Source: Gekko japonicus
Taxonomy: Eukaryota
Assembly: GCF_001447785.1 (NCBI RefSeq)
Contig: NW_015171567.1
Coordinates: 29,116-90,369 of the forward strand
DNA length: 61,254 bases
Reading direction: 5' to 3'
Part shown: positions 19,892 to 49,764 of the stretch, piece after piece
Layout: every line of letters starts with the position of its first letter
How positions within the stretch are numbered: the first letter of the stretch is position 1
The notes under the pieces: model-generated
Told to the model about the DNA's origin: nothing
Database searches by the model: none
Seen by the model: the letters and a program-made list of their open reading frames with translations, nothing else
Position numbers and translations under genes: made by a program

Positions 19892-20801
19892 AGCCCCCCC
19901 CTGCCACTGCCTGGTGCCCCTCTGCGCCTTGAAACCTTGCCCCCACTCCCTGCCCTCTTCTTCCTGGCGGAGAGCACCAGCAGAGCCAGCCAACCTCCCT
20001 CCCTTTGGAAAGACCAGGCAGATGCACCCGAGCTGCCAAGGAAAGACGACGTTTAATTTCATTTACTGGGCACAGGTGCCTTGCGCAGGCGGACTCACTC
20101 TGCCGGGGCCAGTCTGCTTAGCCCCTGTGTGGAGCGGACACTGGTGGTCTCCCCCCCCAATAGCACCAGCCTCAGGTGCTCGCGCGAGGGCCAGCCCCCC
20201 CCCCCCCCCCACCTGCCTGTCCGGCCCTCTCGGGGGAGGGGGGGTCCTGCTCATCCCTGGGGGAGGGGTGTGCATGTGCAGACCAAGGGGCAAGAGGCCC
20301 GTCACCCCCCACCCCAGGGAGGGGATGCCGAGGAGCTGCAGGGGCAACCCGCCACCCCCCAACCCCCCCGGTCCACACGGAGGGAACACGTGCACAAAAT
20401 CCACTCACAACTTTGGACTGCATGTATCATGATCTATTCCCCTGCACGAGAGGGGCTGATCGGATCCCTGACGTGGTCCCAGTTAGCCCCCAGTGGTGCA
20501 GTTCCGGCACGAGGGGCCAGCCCCATCGGAGCTTCCAACTCGGAAAGGGCAAGCATGAAGGGTGGGGTGGGGGCTCCGGAATGAGGTCCTGCCCGGGGAC
20601 CCATGCCAGGCCCAGCGTTCCCGCTCCCTCTAACCGGTGCAGCTTCACGAGGAAATTGCCCCGGGGGGGGGACCACTCCTGGAGCCTCTGGGCAGCGGCC
20701 CCTGGCCAGGACGCCCACGAGCAGCCGAGAGGAGAGCGCTGCCCCCCCCCCGGCAGGAGCTCAGTGTCTGCCCCCCACCATTCCCGCATGGGGGAGGGGA
20801 G

Positions 20802-23800
20802 CTACAGCTGGGCATAGCGGATTATCTCGCTGAGGTCGTAGCCGGTGACAGCGAAGGTCCTGCCCTCTGGGTCGCAGAAGCGGGCCCCGCAGATCTGGGT
20901 GTCCATCACGCATTCCGTCTGGCAGTGCCTGATCTGTGAGGACAAAAGGCAGGAGCCAGGCCAGCAGCCCCCCCCCCCGGAGCCCACGTCAAGACCAAAT
21001 AGGGGGAGGGGACACACCTGCCTAGGAGGGTGCTGCTGGCACAGAGCCCCTGGTGGCCAGGGACGAGGGACGCCCCCCCCCCGATCCCTCTTTCCCAGGC
21101 AGGGCTGCCAGGTGCCCGGACAGACTGGGGGCTCCCTTGGCACCCGCCCTTGAGGCAGCCCCTTCTGTTCAGCCTCCTTGAGACCTGAGCAAAGACTGAA
21201 CAGAGAGGGGCACGCTGGCCCATCCAGCTGGACAGCTCTGTGGCATTTCGGCAGGGAGAACTGCAGCGCCTAACAAGGAGCTTGGCCAGAGGAGCTGATG
21301 AAGAGAGTGTGTGTGTGTGTGGGGGGGTGTTCTTTGTCTCAAAAACAGCCCCCCCCCGAGACCATCTCTGCCCTGAGCCACTCAGCCGGGGTGCAGCTTC
21401 CAGGCGTCTTCAGTGGTACTCCCAGTCCCAGCTCAGCATACCCCGTGCGGGCAGGCCGGCAGGCGGGCCAGCCCTGCGGGGCAGAGACCAAGCTGGTGCC
21501 CAAGCCGCTCCTCCGGAGGCCTCGGGATCAGCAGGGGGCAGCTCCGCCATGGCTGGGGTGGGGACAGTCCAGGGCTCCCCTGGGGGAGAGTGTGGCACGG
21601 AAGCTTCCCCCCCACCCCCGCTGCCGCTTACCTCAATGCCTTCGGTGTCTGGGTTGCAAGTCAGCCTCCAGACCGCCACAAAGGAGTCCTCGGCCCCCGA
21701 GAGCAGCTGCAGGGGAAAGGCAAGGAAAGGCAGGGAGGGATCTGCATTCATGGCCCTATCCAAGACCATTCCCCGGGTGAGGTGGGGGTGGGGGGTGCTC
21801 TTCCTCCTGGGAGCTGCAGGCCGGGACAAGAGGCGCCAGGACCAGGCGGGGAGAGTGGAAGAGGCAGCCATGTTTTACCAGCAAAGCAAGGCAGGGCAGA
21901 GTCCCTCTCCACGCTGCCACCACATCTGCTGGCAAGGAGTTCCACGGGCTTCTTAAGGCGCACCATGTGAACGGAGAAGCTCTTCCTTTCCTCCACTGCC
22001 TGCCCACCCTCATGGTAGCTATTTTGGACGCCCAAAGCACTGGAGGGTGGGGGGGCTTGAGCCTATGGCGCTTCCGCAGCCCTCTCAATTGCTGCGCCCA
22101 CCCCACCCCTCCCCCAACACCACACATCCCTGCTAAGGAAGGGCGAGGAACCCCACCCAGAGCCCCGGAAGTCGCACTCAGCCAAGGATGAACCAGAAAA
22201 GACTCAGGAGGGAGAGGTTTTAATACCCCCGGGTGGGAACCCAAAAGATCAGTGCGGCATCGCTCTGCGAGGTGCCACGTGTTCCAGCTGGGGACAGACT
22301 CACCTTCCCCGATAGCGGAGCCACGTCCAGGGCGTAGATCCAGCGCGCATGAGCAGCTACCTCAGCTCGGAGGGTGCCGCTGGCGGCCTCATACAGACGG
22401 ATCTGCCCGCTGCCATAACCAGCCACGATCACCCCGTTCCACAGGCGGACAGATGAACAGGAGCCCCTGGGCGGGGAGGGCAGGACTCAAGGGAGCAAAG
22501 CTCCTTCACTTCCGGGCAGAGGTCTCCCGACCATGAACACGGAAATGCTCCCCCCGCACCCCAAGAGCTCTCGTTCCTCCGTTAGCACAGAGGCAAGCCC
22601 GCCACCCGCAACTGTGGCACTGCCTTGCTGTGCATTCACTTTGGCCGGAAGCCCACCCCCTCCTCCGGCCCCAGGGCTCCCCTCCTCCTCAGGCCTTACC
22701 CGGAAGCTGGGATCTTAGAGACCAGCTGGAATTCCTCCCCCGACCGCCAGGCACACAGCCCTCCAGAGTCGTCCGCAGTCACCAGGTCGATGCTTCCTTC
22801 CTGCGGGTGGGAAGAAGAGCTGGATCAGTCCCACTGCACTGGCCTGTGGGCAGAGGAAGCTCAGGGGCGGGGAGGGGAGCACGGCACCAGCCGCACTGCC
22901 GGGAAGCACAAGGCTGGGCTCGGTCCCCCCCAACAAAGAGGCCTCAGCAGCAGTCTGAACAAACAAAACAAGCTCTGAGGCCCTTCCTTCCCGTAGAGAT
23001 GCTCTGAGCTCGGAGTCGGCCTTCAGCGCACGGCCCCACCAGGCCAACGCTTTCGGATGAGGAACCAGCACGGCCCCCAAAACACACCCAGGCCGCTGGG
23101 AGACCGTCTCCATGGGATGGCTCCCTCGCTGCATCACATTCAACAACACAACCTGCTGCTGTGTGAGTCGCTCTCGATTGCTTCCCCCACAGCCAACATG
23201 CCTTCGTCACCCCCAAACGAGCCAGGGACACCCCCCCCAAGCCATGTTTTCCTGCAGCCGGGAGACTGACCAGCCCCTCCCCCTCGGGGATGCCCCCACG
23301 TGGCCTCCAGCCCAAAAGGTTCTGTTCCTGCCAGGGCCTGAATCAGGGTCTGATGGGCGGTGGAGAGAAAGAGCTCCGAGAGCCAGGCCCTCTTCTCGTG
23401 GCCCCCAGGAGCCATGCCCTCCAGCCGCTCCTTCCCCCCCGCCTCTTTCACACCTCCCACCCAAGAACCCCCTTCCTCCTCCTCCTCCTCCTCCTCCTCC
23501 TGATGGGCTTTCAGGAGCACCTGTTCCTCTTGACCCACGTGCCCTGGCCAGTTCACCCTCTTTGAACTTCAAGCACCACGCAAAGATCTCTATGCTCACT
23601 CGCCCTCTAAAACGACATAAATGCGGCATTGGGATGCACAGAAGGCTGCCCCATCAGTTCCACAGGGTCGGCAGCCGCCCTCCAGGGCCCCAGGCAGAGA
23701 CGGGTCTTTCACGGCATCCACCGTCAGATTGTTTTAACTGGAGGTGCTGCCAGGGATTGGATCTGGTGCCTTCTGCATGCCCAGCAGAGGCTCGACCTCT

Positions 23801-26800
23801 GAGCCGCACAGCCCCTCCTCATGCGAATACATGCTGGTCAGTGCGAATCAGAGCAGAGAGTATCAGGAGTGCAGGTCTCTGACAACACCGCTGGCTGCTG
23901 GCCCCAGCCGACACGCCCCACCCTCTGGACTCTGTGGCAGAACGTTCTCACCGTCCTCCTCCCACTTGGACCCCAACACTGACGACGCCTATTGATGCGA
24001 GCCAGGCGGCTTCTGCACGGCTCTGGGTTTCTTGAGCCCCTGCCGGGCGCGTGTGTCCCCCAGGCTGAGACCACGGGCCAGCCCCGACTTCAGTCAAAGA
24101 GTGACAGCCGCTCCCTTGCGTTTCTGTCCGGAACTGTGTGACACTCTGAATACGCCCTGAAAGAAGCTTTGAGTCCCTCCAGGAATATGCCTCCATGACC
24201 CTCAGACAGCCTCTTTAGAGATGCTCCAAACTGCCTCTAGCCCAAAAGTTTGATTCAGGGCAACAGGTTTCAATGTCAGATGATCTGCAGGAATAAAGCC
24301 CTGAGAGTTTTGCATTTTGAGACAGGCTCTGAGCCACAAAAAAACTCTCAGCTGCCGGTGCCCCAGTGTGAAAAGCATGCCAGGAACTGCCTGGTCCGAG
24401 GAGATCTGTGAGTGGCAAATCTGCTACCAACTCTGCTCCTCCTGAACGGAGCACCGTCAAGGAGAAGCAGTGCCACGTGTGTAGCCGGCAGATCAGTGTC
24501 GGCTGCCCTGGCCAATGGCCCGGCTGGGCAGGGAACGTGAAGCACCTTCCCTGCTGTCCCCGGGCCCTGCCAGCCAAAGGGACAGGCAGAGGCCTCAGCA
24601 CCAACCGAGTCACCCCGGAAGCACCCTGACCCAGCGGAGAGGTGCGAACCTGATCTGTCCCTGGCCTGACACTACCCCACACAGGGGGGCTCAGTCCAAC
24701 ACCAACCGAAGCTCCCCCCTCACACACACACACACACACGTGGAACCTGGGCCGCGGCAGGGCTCCCCCCTCACACACACACACACACACGCGCGCGTAC
24801 GTGGAACCTGGGCTGCGGCAGAGGACGTGGAGCACACAAGCAGCAAGAGTCCTCTGGATTACCCCCTCCCTGCGCAAGAGGCACGGCGGCACAAGGCAGA
24901 AGGCTCCGAGGAGCCGGGGGCCATGACGGAGGATGGGCTTGCTCCACAAGAAGCTGCGGGTGTCCTAAGGAGCTCGGCCAGGACACGGAGAAGCGGACGC
25001 GGGAGGGGCCAGAGAGCCCACCCTGTAGAAGAACTGAGGATGACCTGTCATGTAGAAGATGGAGCGGATCTATTCTCTCTTGCTCCGGATGGCAAGACTA
25101 GGTCTAATGGGTGGGAATGACAAGGGAGTCGATACCGCCTAAATATCAGGAGAAACTTCCTGACTGTCTGAGTGGTTGAGCAGTGGAACAGTCTGCCTCG
25201 GGAGGCGGTGGAGGCTCCTTCGCTGGACGTTTCCAAGCGGAGGCTGGACGGCCCTCTTTCGGACATGTTGTAGGTATGTAGGGCTGCCTTTCGGCTAAAG
25301 TGCTCCTGCAGAGTGCAGGGGGTTGGACTAGATGACCTGCGAGGTTCCTTCCAACATTCTAATATTCTATGATTCTGTGACTGGGCTGAGGGGCTGTGGG
25401 TTAGGACTGACCGGCTGCTCACGGAGCTCCGCAGCAATATCTGTGACAGCCCCCTGGTGCTCTTCCAGGACCTCACTCAGCGTGATGTTGGTGCCCTTGC
25501 CGGGGATGTCAAACACGAGGACGTGGCCCAGCGATGTCCCTGCAGGAGAAACCGTCCCCATGAGGAGGAGGAGGAGCCTCGCTGCCCTCTTCCTCCCCCC
25601 CCCCAGGAGCCGGGCCAGTTTCCACCGAGACCAGCCTTTGCCCCCGAAGCCACGAGGAGCCCATCCAGCCGCCCCCAACCCTGCCTCTGCTTCCACGGGA
25701 ACCGGGCCACGCACCCGCTGCACCAGCTCCCTGGAAAGAGCTGGTCATCCTGGCTCCCCAACCAAAGCTGTGCCTCCCCCCCCCCTCCACAGCTCTTTTG
25801 CCCCGGGATCCAGTCACAGCAATGACTGAGTGTGGAGCACACACAAACACCGCCCAAAATGTGGCTCCACGCCTTTGGCCCTAGACATCTCTGGCACCAG
25901 CTCCCAAGTGCACAGCCTCTCCTCCAGCCTCAGGCTGCCTCCCTCCCCCATCTCCGCCACTTACCCACACACACAAAGCGCTGGCCGGAGGCTGCGATCC
26001 CACGAGCAAAGACGGCCTGTCCTGCGAAGGACGCAGAAGCGGGGGGCGGGGGGATGACGGGTCAGGGGCAGGCATGCCAGCTGTGCCCGGGAGGGGGAGG
26101 AGGGGACGTGAAAGGGAGGAGCACCAGGCACACCCACACCCCCCAACGTGGCAGGAGAGGTGTGCCAGAAAGGCAGGGCCAATCGAGAAAGAGCAACGCA
26201 GGCAGCATCCTTCAGCCCAGACCCTGGGAAGGATTGGGTCTGTGGCTGCCCCTGAACCGCCTCCCCCAGCAACCACCCGCAAGACAGCATCGCTCCTCTG
26301 CCCCTCCCAAAACCCCCACACACCTCTTTCCCCAGGAGTACCTGGAGACGACTCTGAGGCATCCAGAGCATGCCAGTAAACCATAATGGACCCATCGGCC
26401 TCGTACATCTGGGGGAGGGGGGGGGAGAGACAGGCACACCGTGAACCCCAGCACCGACTCCCCAGGCTGGCCCAGCAGTCCTTGGGCGGAGAGCGAGGCC
26501 GGGGCCCGAGTGGCTGCCAGCCACTGCCTCGCTGTCTTCCGTGGCCAGCAACGGCATATATGCGCCCCAGACCCTGAGCCCAGTCGCTCACCTGGATGCC
26601 TTTCTGTGACGTCAGCACCAGCAGGATTCGAGAGGGGAGGACACACCAGGCCGCCTGGGGAGAGAGCGCGGGACAGAGCGGGGGGAAGCATCTGGGGCTT
26701 CTCCCAGGTCCCTTTCAACCAAGGAGTGTGCCTCAGATCATACGCAGAGTACCCTCCTTCCTTCCTTCCTTCCTTCCTTCCTTCCCTCCTGCAAGTGATC

Positions 26801-29075
26801 ACAGCAGCCGCGAGTGGCCGAGTCCCAGAGGAGGGGCCTTCCCGCCCCCCTCATTCCATGGTGCCTGGCACTGAAAGAGTGCACCGCGTCAAAGCGTCAA
26901 AGCTGAGCTTTTCTGCACCCCAGGACTCGATCCTGTCCAGATGGCCGGGGGCAAGGGGGAGAAGTCCCAGCTCTGAGACCCGAGGTAAGAGTCGACTTTT
27001 ACGTGCTGCAACTTCAGGACCTACTAGCCTGCCCTAATTAAACATTGTTAAGTATAAGTACAGAGGGTTAGGGCCCACTCTTTCTATTGTTGTTATGCTT
27101 TCCTGCATTCTGAATGCTTGAAGCCCAATGTCTGTAAACACACCAGGCCTAAATGGTTTTGCTAACCAAAAAATGGTGAAGGGGGGGGGGGGCGGTGGCA
27201 GGTGAGCTCACCACCCCCAGAGCGCCATAGCCTGGAGTTGGGAAGGTACAGTAGACTGTCCCTGCATGAGCCCAGGGGGCCGAGGGGGAGACACAGCAAC
27301 TAGCTGGATCCTGTAAGCTAGGGGTCCCCAAGGGGGAGGGCACTGTGGGTGCCATGCTTGCCACCCAGTGTTGTCAGAAGCGGGTGGGATGACCTGGGGC
27401 TCTTGCTCAGCGGGGCTCCTCATTGGCCACTGAGATCCAACGGCTAGTGAGGATTTAAATAATTCTGTTTCGGTGGCGGTGGCTGTGACCAGCACTGGGG
27501 GCGGTGTTCCCTCTCCCTCTCCTTTCCCGGGGCGTTTTCCGGGATCACCCCTCCTCTCCCCTGCCCTGGGGCTTCCTCCTGTATGTGGCTCCACCTCCTG
27601 CAGCACCCCTTCTACAGTCTGCCCCCCCACCCTGTGTCAGAACCCCGAAGGTGTCCCGGGGCTGAAGAGGCCCCCACTAGGGGCCCCTGCTCAACACAGC
27701 AGCACAGAGATGGACAAAACCCCCTGGCAGGGAAAGGAGTCGCCCGTGTGGCTGTGGGCACAACCCAGTCTGATTCCGATGCCCCACCCTGGCCCCCGGG
27801 GACCCAGGGGGAAGGGCAGCATTGCCAGGCAGAGTCTCGGGAGTGCCGCTGGGGCTGTCCACCCTCCCGGGACCTGAGCCATCGGGACTTCACCTCAGCT
27901 ATGGCTCGAAGGACGGGCGGAAGGGCACAGAGCCGCCATGACTCCTCCGTCCAGCTCCTGCCCCCTTGCCACCCAGCACCTGCGCATTGCTGAGATGCAT
28001 GCTGGGAAAAAGCAGCTCCCCTCCCCCAAACTGCATCCTGGAACAGCTGCCCCAGAGAGGTGCGCCCAGCCCCCTCACTTCCCATCTTCAGGAGGCAGCT
28101 GACAGCTGTACTTATGACTGCCTTTGACTCATTACACTGATATTTACTGGCAGCCCTAACTGGAGATGTTAAATAGTGGACTTTTATGCATTTTTTTTTA
28201 CAAGAGTTGCTTCATTTATCTCACATGCTGCCTTGAATCCCACGAGGTAGAAAAGCATCTAATAAATGCTTTAAACACATAAATATTTATGCACTGTCAT
28301 AAACTGCTTTGGAAAGAAGAGCAGTGTATGGGCGGCACATGCCAAGGCAGTAAAGGCCACAAGAGGTGACAGTGGAAGAGCCAGTCCCTGGCAGGCAAGG
28401 CGTGCAGCTGGGAGGAGCTTCCCCAAGCCATGACCAGGTTGTGGACAAAACACCACCCGCCAGAGCTCAAGGAACCCGGCAAGACTTGCTCTCGGGTCGC
28501 AAAGCTGCCCCCTCAGTCCCCACCCTCAGCCGTAAGGGGAAGACACTCCCCCAGGTTCAGGGGCACTCTTCTTGGTATTACGGCATGTTCTGGGGCTGGA
28601 AGACGACACTGGAAACTGGCTCCAGGGCTGAGCCGCGTGAACGGAACCCTGCCTTTCTGGCTGGCCTGCTTCTGCTCCCGCCTGCTCATCGGTCAGATCA
28701 CTCCTTCGTTTGGCTTGTCTGGTGTGGCCACCAGTGTTTATGCCCCTGGCTGCTGGCACTGGCTTCTGAGGGACAGGAGAGGAGCAGCTACCCTGGGGGG
28801 GGGAGGCCTGCTCACGTGGAAGGTGGACGCTGCCCCCTTCCCACCCCACCTTATTACCTGGGTGACGAAGGAGGTGCTGACGCTGAGGCTGCCTTCCTTG
28901 GCCTGCAGCTGGCGGTGCGAGAGGCTGAGCCCGTCGGCAGAGGCGCTCACCATGTTCACAGTGCCGCTGTGGACGGTGGCAAAGTGTGTGAGCTGCTTGG
29001 CCGGGAGGGGCAGCNNNNNNNNNNNNNNNNNNNNNNNNNNNNNNNNNNNNNNNNNNNNNNNNNNNNNNGGTACAT
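20802..29075 (-). CDS. WDR54: WD repeat-containing protein 54
   Basis: Nine coding exons with GT-AG ends and consistent phases: 29075-28858 (ATG TAC, gap inside), 26654-26592, 26408-26342, 26021-25965, 25539-25412, 22800-22700, 22466-22304, 21706-21632, 20933-20802 (TAG). Peptides WCVLPSRILLVLTSQKGIQMYEADGSIMVYWHALD, QAVFARGIAASG, VTADDSG and CGARFCD...FAVTGYDL match WDR54. Confidence 0.95.
25046..25380 (+). mobile_element. CR1 LINE 3' end
   Basis: CHVEDGADLFS coding remnant, 3' UTR GGACTAGATGACC and ATTCTATGATTCT tail. Confidence 0.85.
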
Positions 29076-29109
29076 CCTGCCTGGCCTGCTGCACAGGAGG
29101 AGAGGCAGT

Positions 29110-29656
29110 CAGATTTCACGCACCTCATCATTCACTAATGTCAAACTGACTTTTACACTGGATGATCTCCTGTTCAATACTTGGGGGATAGCAGTCAACT
29201 CATATTCCATCAGAGAGCAAATCTCTTTGCTGTTATATGCTGCTCGGAACACCATAGCACTGAACTGGAAATCTCCAAACCCTCCTACACTCGCGCAATG
29301 GCATCAAAAGATATGGAATCTGTATGTCATGGCAAAAATCAGACAATATAGCACGTTTTTCTCAGCCTTCTACGCATTCCACCTTCCCTACAATCTGGTT
29401 ACCAGTACTTGAATATCTCACATCTCAAGGTGAAATTCCACAACTGGTTGTTGATTTGGAGCCTAGATATACTTTAAAGGGAAATATGTTTTTTTGAATT
29501 TATGTATTATATACTAGTTGATTCTTATAAGGGTTATGCATAGCTTTCACTGAAACTAAGTCTATTTCTGTGTAAACATTTTGCATTTTACTGTCTGTAA
29601 TCCTTAAGATACATATGTATTGTATGCATTGTACTTTGCTTAAAAACCAATAAAAA
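29110..29656 (+). mobile_element. L1-clade LINE 3' fragment
   Basis: ISLLLYAARNTIALNWKSPNPPTLAQW resembles the L1/Tx1 ORF2 C-terminus. AT-rich 3' UTR ends in AATAAAAA. Confidence 0.7.
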
Positions 29657-29663
29657 TGTTAAT

Positions 29664-30199
29664 GAGAAAGAAGAGATTGGATTTATACCCCGCCCTTCAC
29701 TACCCAAAGGGAGTCTCAGAGCAGTTTACAAACTCCTTCCCCTCCCCACAACAGGCACCCTGTGAGGTTGGTGGGGCTGAGAGAGCTCTGGCAGAAACGG
29801 CTCTTTTTCAAGGACTGCTTGTGAGAGAACTATGGCTTGCCCAAGGTCACACCAGCTGGCTGCCTGTGGAGGAGTGCGGAATCAAACCCGGCTCTCGCAC
29901 TTAACCACCACACCAAACGCTCTGGGGGAGTCAGTCTCCCGCCCCCGAATCGAACCCGGTTCTCCCAGATTAGAGTCTGGGCACTGAACCACGACACCAA
30001 ACTGGCTCCTCCCCCTCCCCCTCCCCACAATAGGCACCCTGTGAGGCAGGTGGGGCTGAGAGAGCTCTTTCAAGGGCTGCTAGTCCTGAGAGAACACCTC
30101 TGAGAGAACTTGTGACTGACCCAAGGTCACACCAGCTGGCTGCCTGTGGAGGAGTGGGGAATCAAACCCGGCTCTCGCACTTAACCACCACACCAAACG

Positions 30200-30226
<27 letters not shown>
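29664..30226 (-). mobile_element. Cluster of Squam3-like SINE pieces with a duplicated ~105-bp segment (29840-29946 / 30120-30226)
   Basis: Family sequence on - strand. The duplicated segment is visible directly. Confidence 0.7.
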
Positions 30227-46000
<15,774 letters not shown>

Positions 46001-46387
46001 CCCGCTCTCCGGGGGGGGGGGGCCGCAGGAGGCCAGCCAGGCGACTTGGAGGTGCTTTCCCACAGACAAAGGTGGTGGTTGGTTAAGGACAAAAGACAGC
46101 CGGGTGTGTGTGTGTGTGTGCCTCCGCCTGGCCAAGAGCCCTGCCCTCTCTTCCCAGGGTCCTCCTCATGGAGAGGTTTCTGTGCCAAGTGCTCTTCTTC
46201 CTGTTCTGCCCTGGGGCTGATGCTTTTCAACCCATCAAAGCCCAGCAAGGGCTCAGGAGAGGAGTTGCCCAGTTGGGGTGGTCTTTGCCTGTTCAGAAAC
46301 GATTTAGGCAATTGATAGGTCGACAGTTTTTAAGGATTAGCCATAAATATGTAACTGAACCACCAACTTTTATATTTATACTGCTTG

Positions 46388-46393
46388 AATAAA
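46388..46393 (+). terminator. Putative polyadenylation signal of C2orf81
   Basis: AATAAA about 390 nt after the stop codon. Confidence 0.5.
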
Positions 46394-47146
46394 GCTTTGT
46401 TGCCCTTACAGGTGCCCCTGGACTCCCGACTCAGTCCAAAAACAAACGTCATTGTGTGAAGCGCGCAGGAGTGACTCCTGGAGGCCAAACTCTCTCCCTC
46501 CGCAGGCAGGAGGCACCTTTGAGACCTGGCCCAGCAGTCTTTGTTAGGAACGGGGCATTTGTAGAACCTTCAGCCGTGCCAGATAACAGTTGTGCAACTG
46601 TTAGTGATCCCCTGAACAATGCTTGGTGGTTTCGCTTTCGGACAATCAGGGTCAGTTTCCAGTTAGATTTTTTAAAATAAAAGGGAAAAAAATAAGTATT
46701 TTCAGTTTTTAAAAACCAAAGTCCTCTTCGGCCAAGGCCTGCAGATTTGTGACTGCTTAGAGGAGCTTTGCTGAACGGCTGGGCCTGACCCTGACCCTGG
46801 TCTCCCCCCCCAGCCGACAAAACCAGGTTTGGCTCCAGGGAACTGCTGGCCTCAGCGGACAATGCGCGGCCCCTGGGGCGGAGGGGTGAGCCCCCCTCCC
46901 TCTCAGTCTGGGGCAGAAGCAAACCTTCAACAAGAGGTGGCTGTGAAAGGGACTCTCTCCCACCACCATGTCTGGGAGCTCATGAACATCCCTGTGGAGC
47001 ACTGGTGGGGGGGGGGCTTGGACAGAGCAGCTGGGAGGGGTCTCCGTTCCTCCACAAGCAGCCCTTGGGCTTATCGTGGGGCTCTGCAGCCTTGGGGGCT
47101 GAGTGCTGGAAAGGCTGTGGGGTCCACCTGCTGAGGAGGTGGGTGT

Positions 47147-48327
47147 TGTTACCCGGACCGGACCGGACCGGTATCGGTTCTGGGACGCCCAGATGGACCC
47201 TGAGTACAGGGGAGGGCGGTGCGTGAGTTCAAAGCCCGTGTATCCAGAGGTCGGATTGGCGTGCTGAAAGCTCGCTAGTTTTTCCAGGAAGAGAGACAAC
47301 AGCTAGGTTTAAAATCAAGTTGTCTTTTACTAGAGTAAATGTTCAGACATACCAAAACAGAAGCGTACAAATTCACACAAGCTCCTTAGTTACAATAGGT
47401 AAGAAAACAATAAGCATGAAAAACAACAAAAGCATTAAACAAGGGGGATGACTCTGAGGTATATGATCATACTCATCTGAGATCCAACTGCGAGAAGAAA
47501 TCTCCTCTTTCCAAGAAGGGCAGCCAAGGCAACAGCGGGTGGACTCTAGACACACAAAGACTGGGACCAGCCACAGCCACGTGTGCGCTCCCTGGTCGCG
47601 ACTCCGGGGAACTTAAGAGTTACCTGCAGCACCTTAGTGCAAACTAGGGGTAAGGGTGAGCTAGCCGGAGAACAAAGGCTTGCTTCTCCTTTTAAGAGCT
47701 CCCTTTCGGGGCAGTCCCTGACTATCATAAAACTTGGGGTTCGTCCTCTACTCCTAAACTATAGGTTGGGCAGGGGGTGATGTCTTAGGAGGGGTAGGGG
47801 GCAATATGCAGATTCTTCTATCCTACATCAAAGCGGGGCCGTTTGGTGATGGTTGCACCTCCGTTGCCACAGCAACTCCTTTGCTGTGCCAGATGTTGGG
47901 TACCCAAGCAATAAAGGATGTTGTCTTTTCGATGCCAAGCCAGATAACGAGGTTGAATTGTACTCTTCCCACCGTCCATCACTGCTGGTCAAGCCTGTTG
48001 CTCATCCAAGCGTCTCCTTGTGTACCCCAAACGGTGACCTTGCTGGTACTGGGGCACATTGCAACATTCCAGAGCAGGCATCTGCTTTTTGACCAAGGCA
48101 CAGTGGAAATTTCCAGGGCAGGCGAAATGCTTGGTGGCAGGCATCCCTGTCAGGCCCCCACTGTGGGCAGCCTCGGGGTGTAAGGCCTGCCATTGCAGTC
48201 CATAGCAACACATACACACATGGCAATGAGCCTCAGGCTCTCAAAGGCACAGATATATATACATATAAGCAACATATCATAAGCACAATACAGGCAATAT
48301 GCAAATGCAAATGGTCACATGGTAACA
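47147..48327 (-). mobile_element. Solo LTR (1181 bp)
   Basis: TGTTACC...GGTAACA terminal inverted repeat and perfect 4-bp TSD GTGT. Orientation is inferred from AGTAAA/TTAAAA motifs. Confidence 0.75.
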
Positions 48328-48336
48328 GTGTGCTGG

Positions 48337-48786
48337 TGTTGGGTGATAGTGAGATATTGAAAAAAATGGTATTTAGCAGAGATAAGATAGTCCAGCAGAG
48401 CCAGAGTAAAATAATTCAGACTGAGAGTCCATGTGTGATTAAAATAGAAAGTTTTTACGAAATTCTAGCATGGGAAGGGTAACTGGGATGAAAATAACAA
48501 CAGAGCTAAATCGACTACATCCTTACACTACAAAGACTAGAAGAGAGAATGGCTGCTCTCCTTCTTCAGAACACCAAAAACAAAGACGGGAAGAGAAGCC
48601 ATAAAATGGTAATACACCTTGACACTTTAGTCCCAATCAAATCCCTGGATCAGGGAGGAAATTCCCCCGGGCTTGTACTCCTAAAACAACATTGGTTACA
48701 TGAGAAACATGTGACTTCCTGTGAGTAACATAAACAAACGTTTAACCCCAGATATACTGAGTGTTTTCAACTTGTAATACCCAACA
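48337..48786. mobile_element. Solo LTR (450 bp)
   Basis: TGTTGGGT...ACCCAACA termini and perfect 5-bp TSD GCTGG. Confidence 0.75.
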
Positions 48787-49764
48787 GCTGGCAAACAGGA
48801 GGGGGGGGGGGGACAAGGGCTGTACTTGGCTGGACCCACTGGGGGCCCAACAGCACCTCCCTCCGGCATCTCTGCGGTTCTCCTCAGTCAGCCGATGGCT
48901 GCTCAGGTCCGGGAAGTGACGGGCAGCGGCCCAGCCGGGGCTTGCTTCTATAACCTCTGCCTGTGTGAGTTCGATGGGGCTGATTCAGGGACACAACCTG
49001 CAAGATGGCCGGTCGGGCCCCTTCCAGCTCTGTGGCTCTCAGACCGCTGAGCTTTAGCGAAAACGCCTGTCACTCAGAACCTTCCAGCATCCAGAGCAAT
49101 TTGCAGATACAAACAGGTGTGACTGTGGACAGACATCCACCCCGGACGCTCTCTGTACCAGTGCCGCGAAGCTGCTTTTGCTTGCCATAACTTTGCAGGG
49201 AGCCAAGCCCGACTTCACCAGCCTGACAACTTCTCCTCTCTGATGTTCCCCCACCCCTGCTTGCACAAAGCGACAAACTGGTCCTCGGGAGAGACCCCGT
49301 GGCAGTCTTCAGCCTGGGAACCAGAGCCCTGAAACAGCCCTGTGATTCCGATGACGACAGCGGCCTGCCCCTCCCCCTTGGCAATGACCTTTATGACAGG
49401 CCCTGATTTTCAGTGGCCCCAGCCAAGGAGGCCAGAACCCTCTCCAGCCCCCCCCGTCTCCGCCCCTCCTGGCGATAATAAGCACCCTTGGGCCAAGCAA
49501 TGCTGCTAGTGCCTCAGTCTGGTGTCCTCAGGGCCGGCTCCAGCTTATTTTGCACCCTATGCGAGAATCCCTTTCCCCCCCCCCGTAGGCCCACCAATTT
49601 TCAAAAATAAATGCATTTTAGGAAGAATGAAAAACACAAATAATCAAGAAACTGCCAGAGTACGAGCCGGGTGCAGTTTGGTGCCCCTAAGGGCCGTCCC
49701 ACTCTAGGCGATCGCCTAGTTCGCCTAGTGAGTGAGCCGGCCCTGGGTGTCCTGTTTATGAGCG

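Noticed and set aside
49112-49190. GVTVD..HPG-like stretch resembling a late RDH exon
   Set aside because: It needs frameshifts, lacks a polypyrimidine tract and lies upstream of the other exons.
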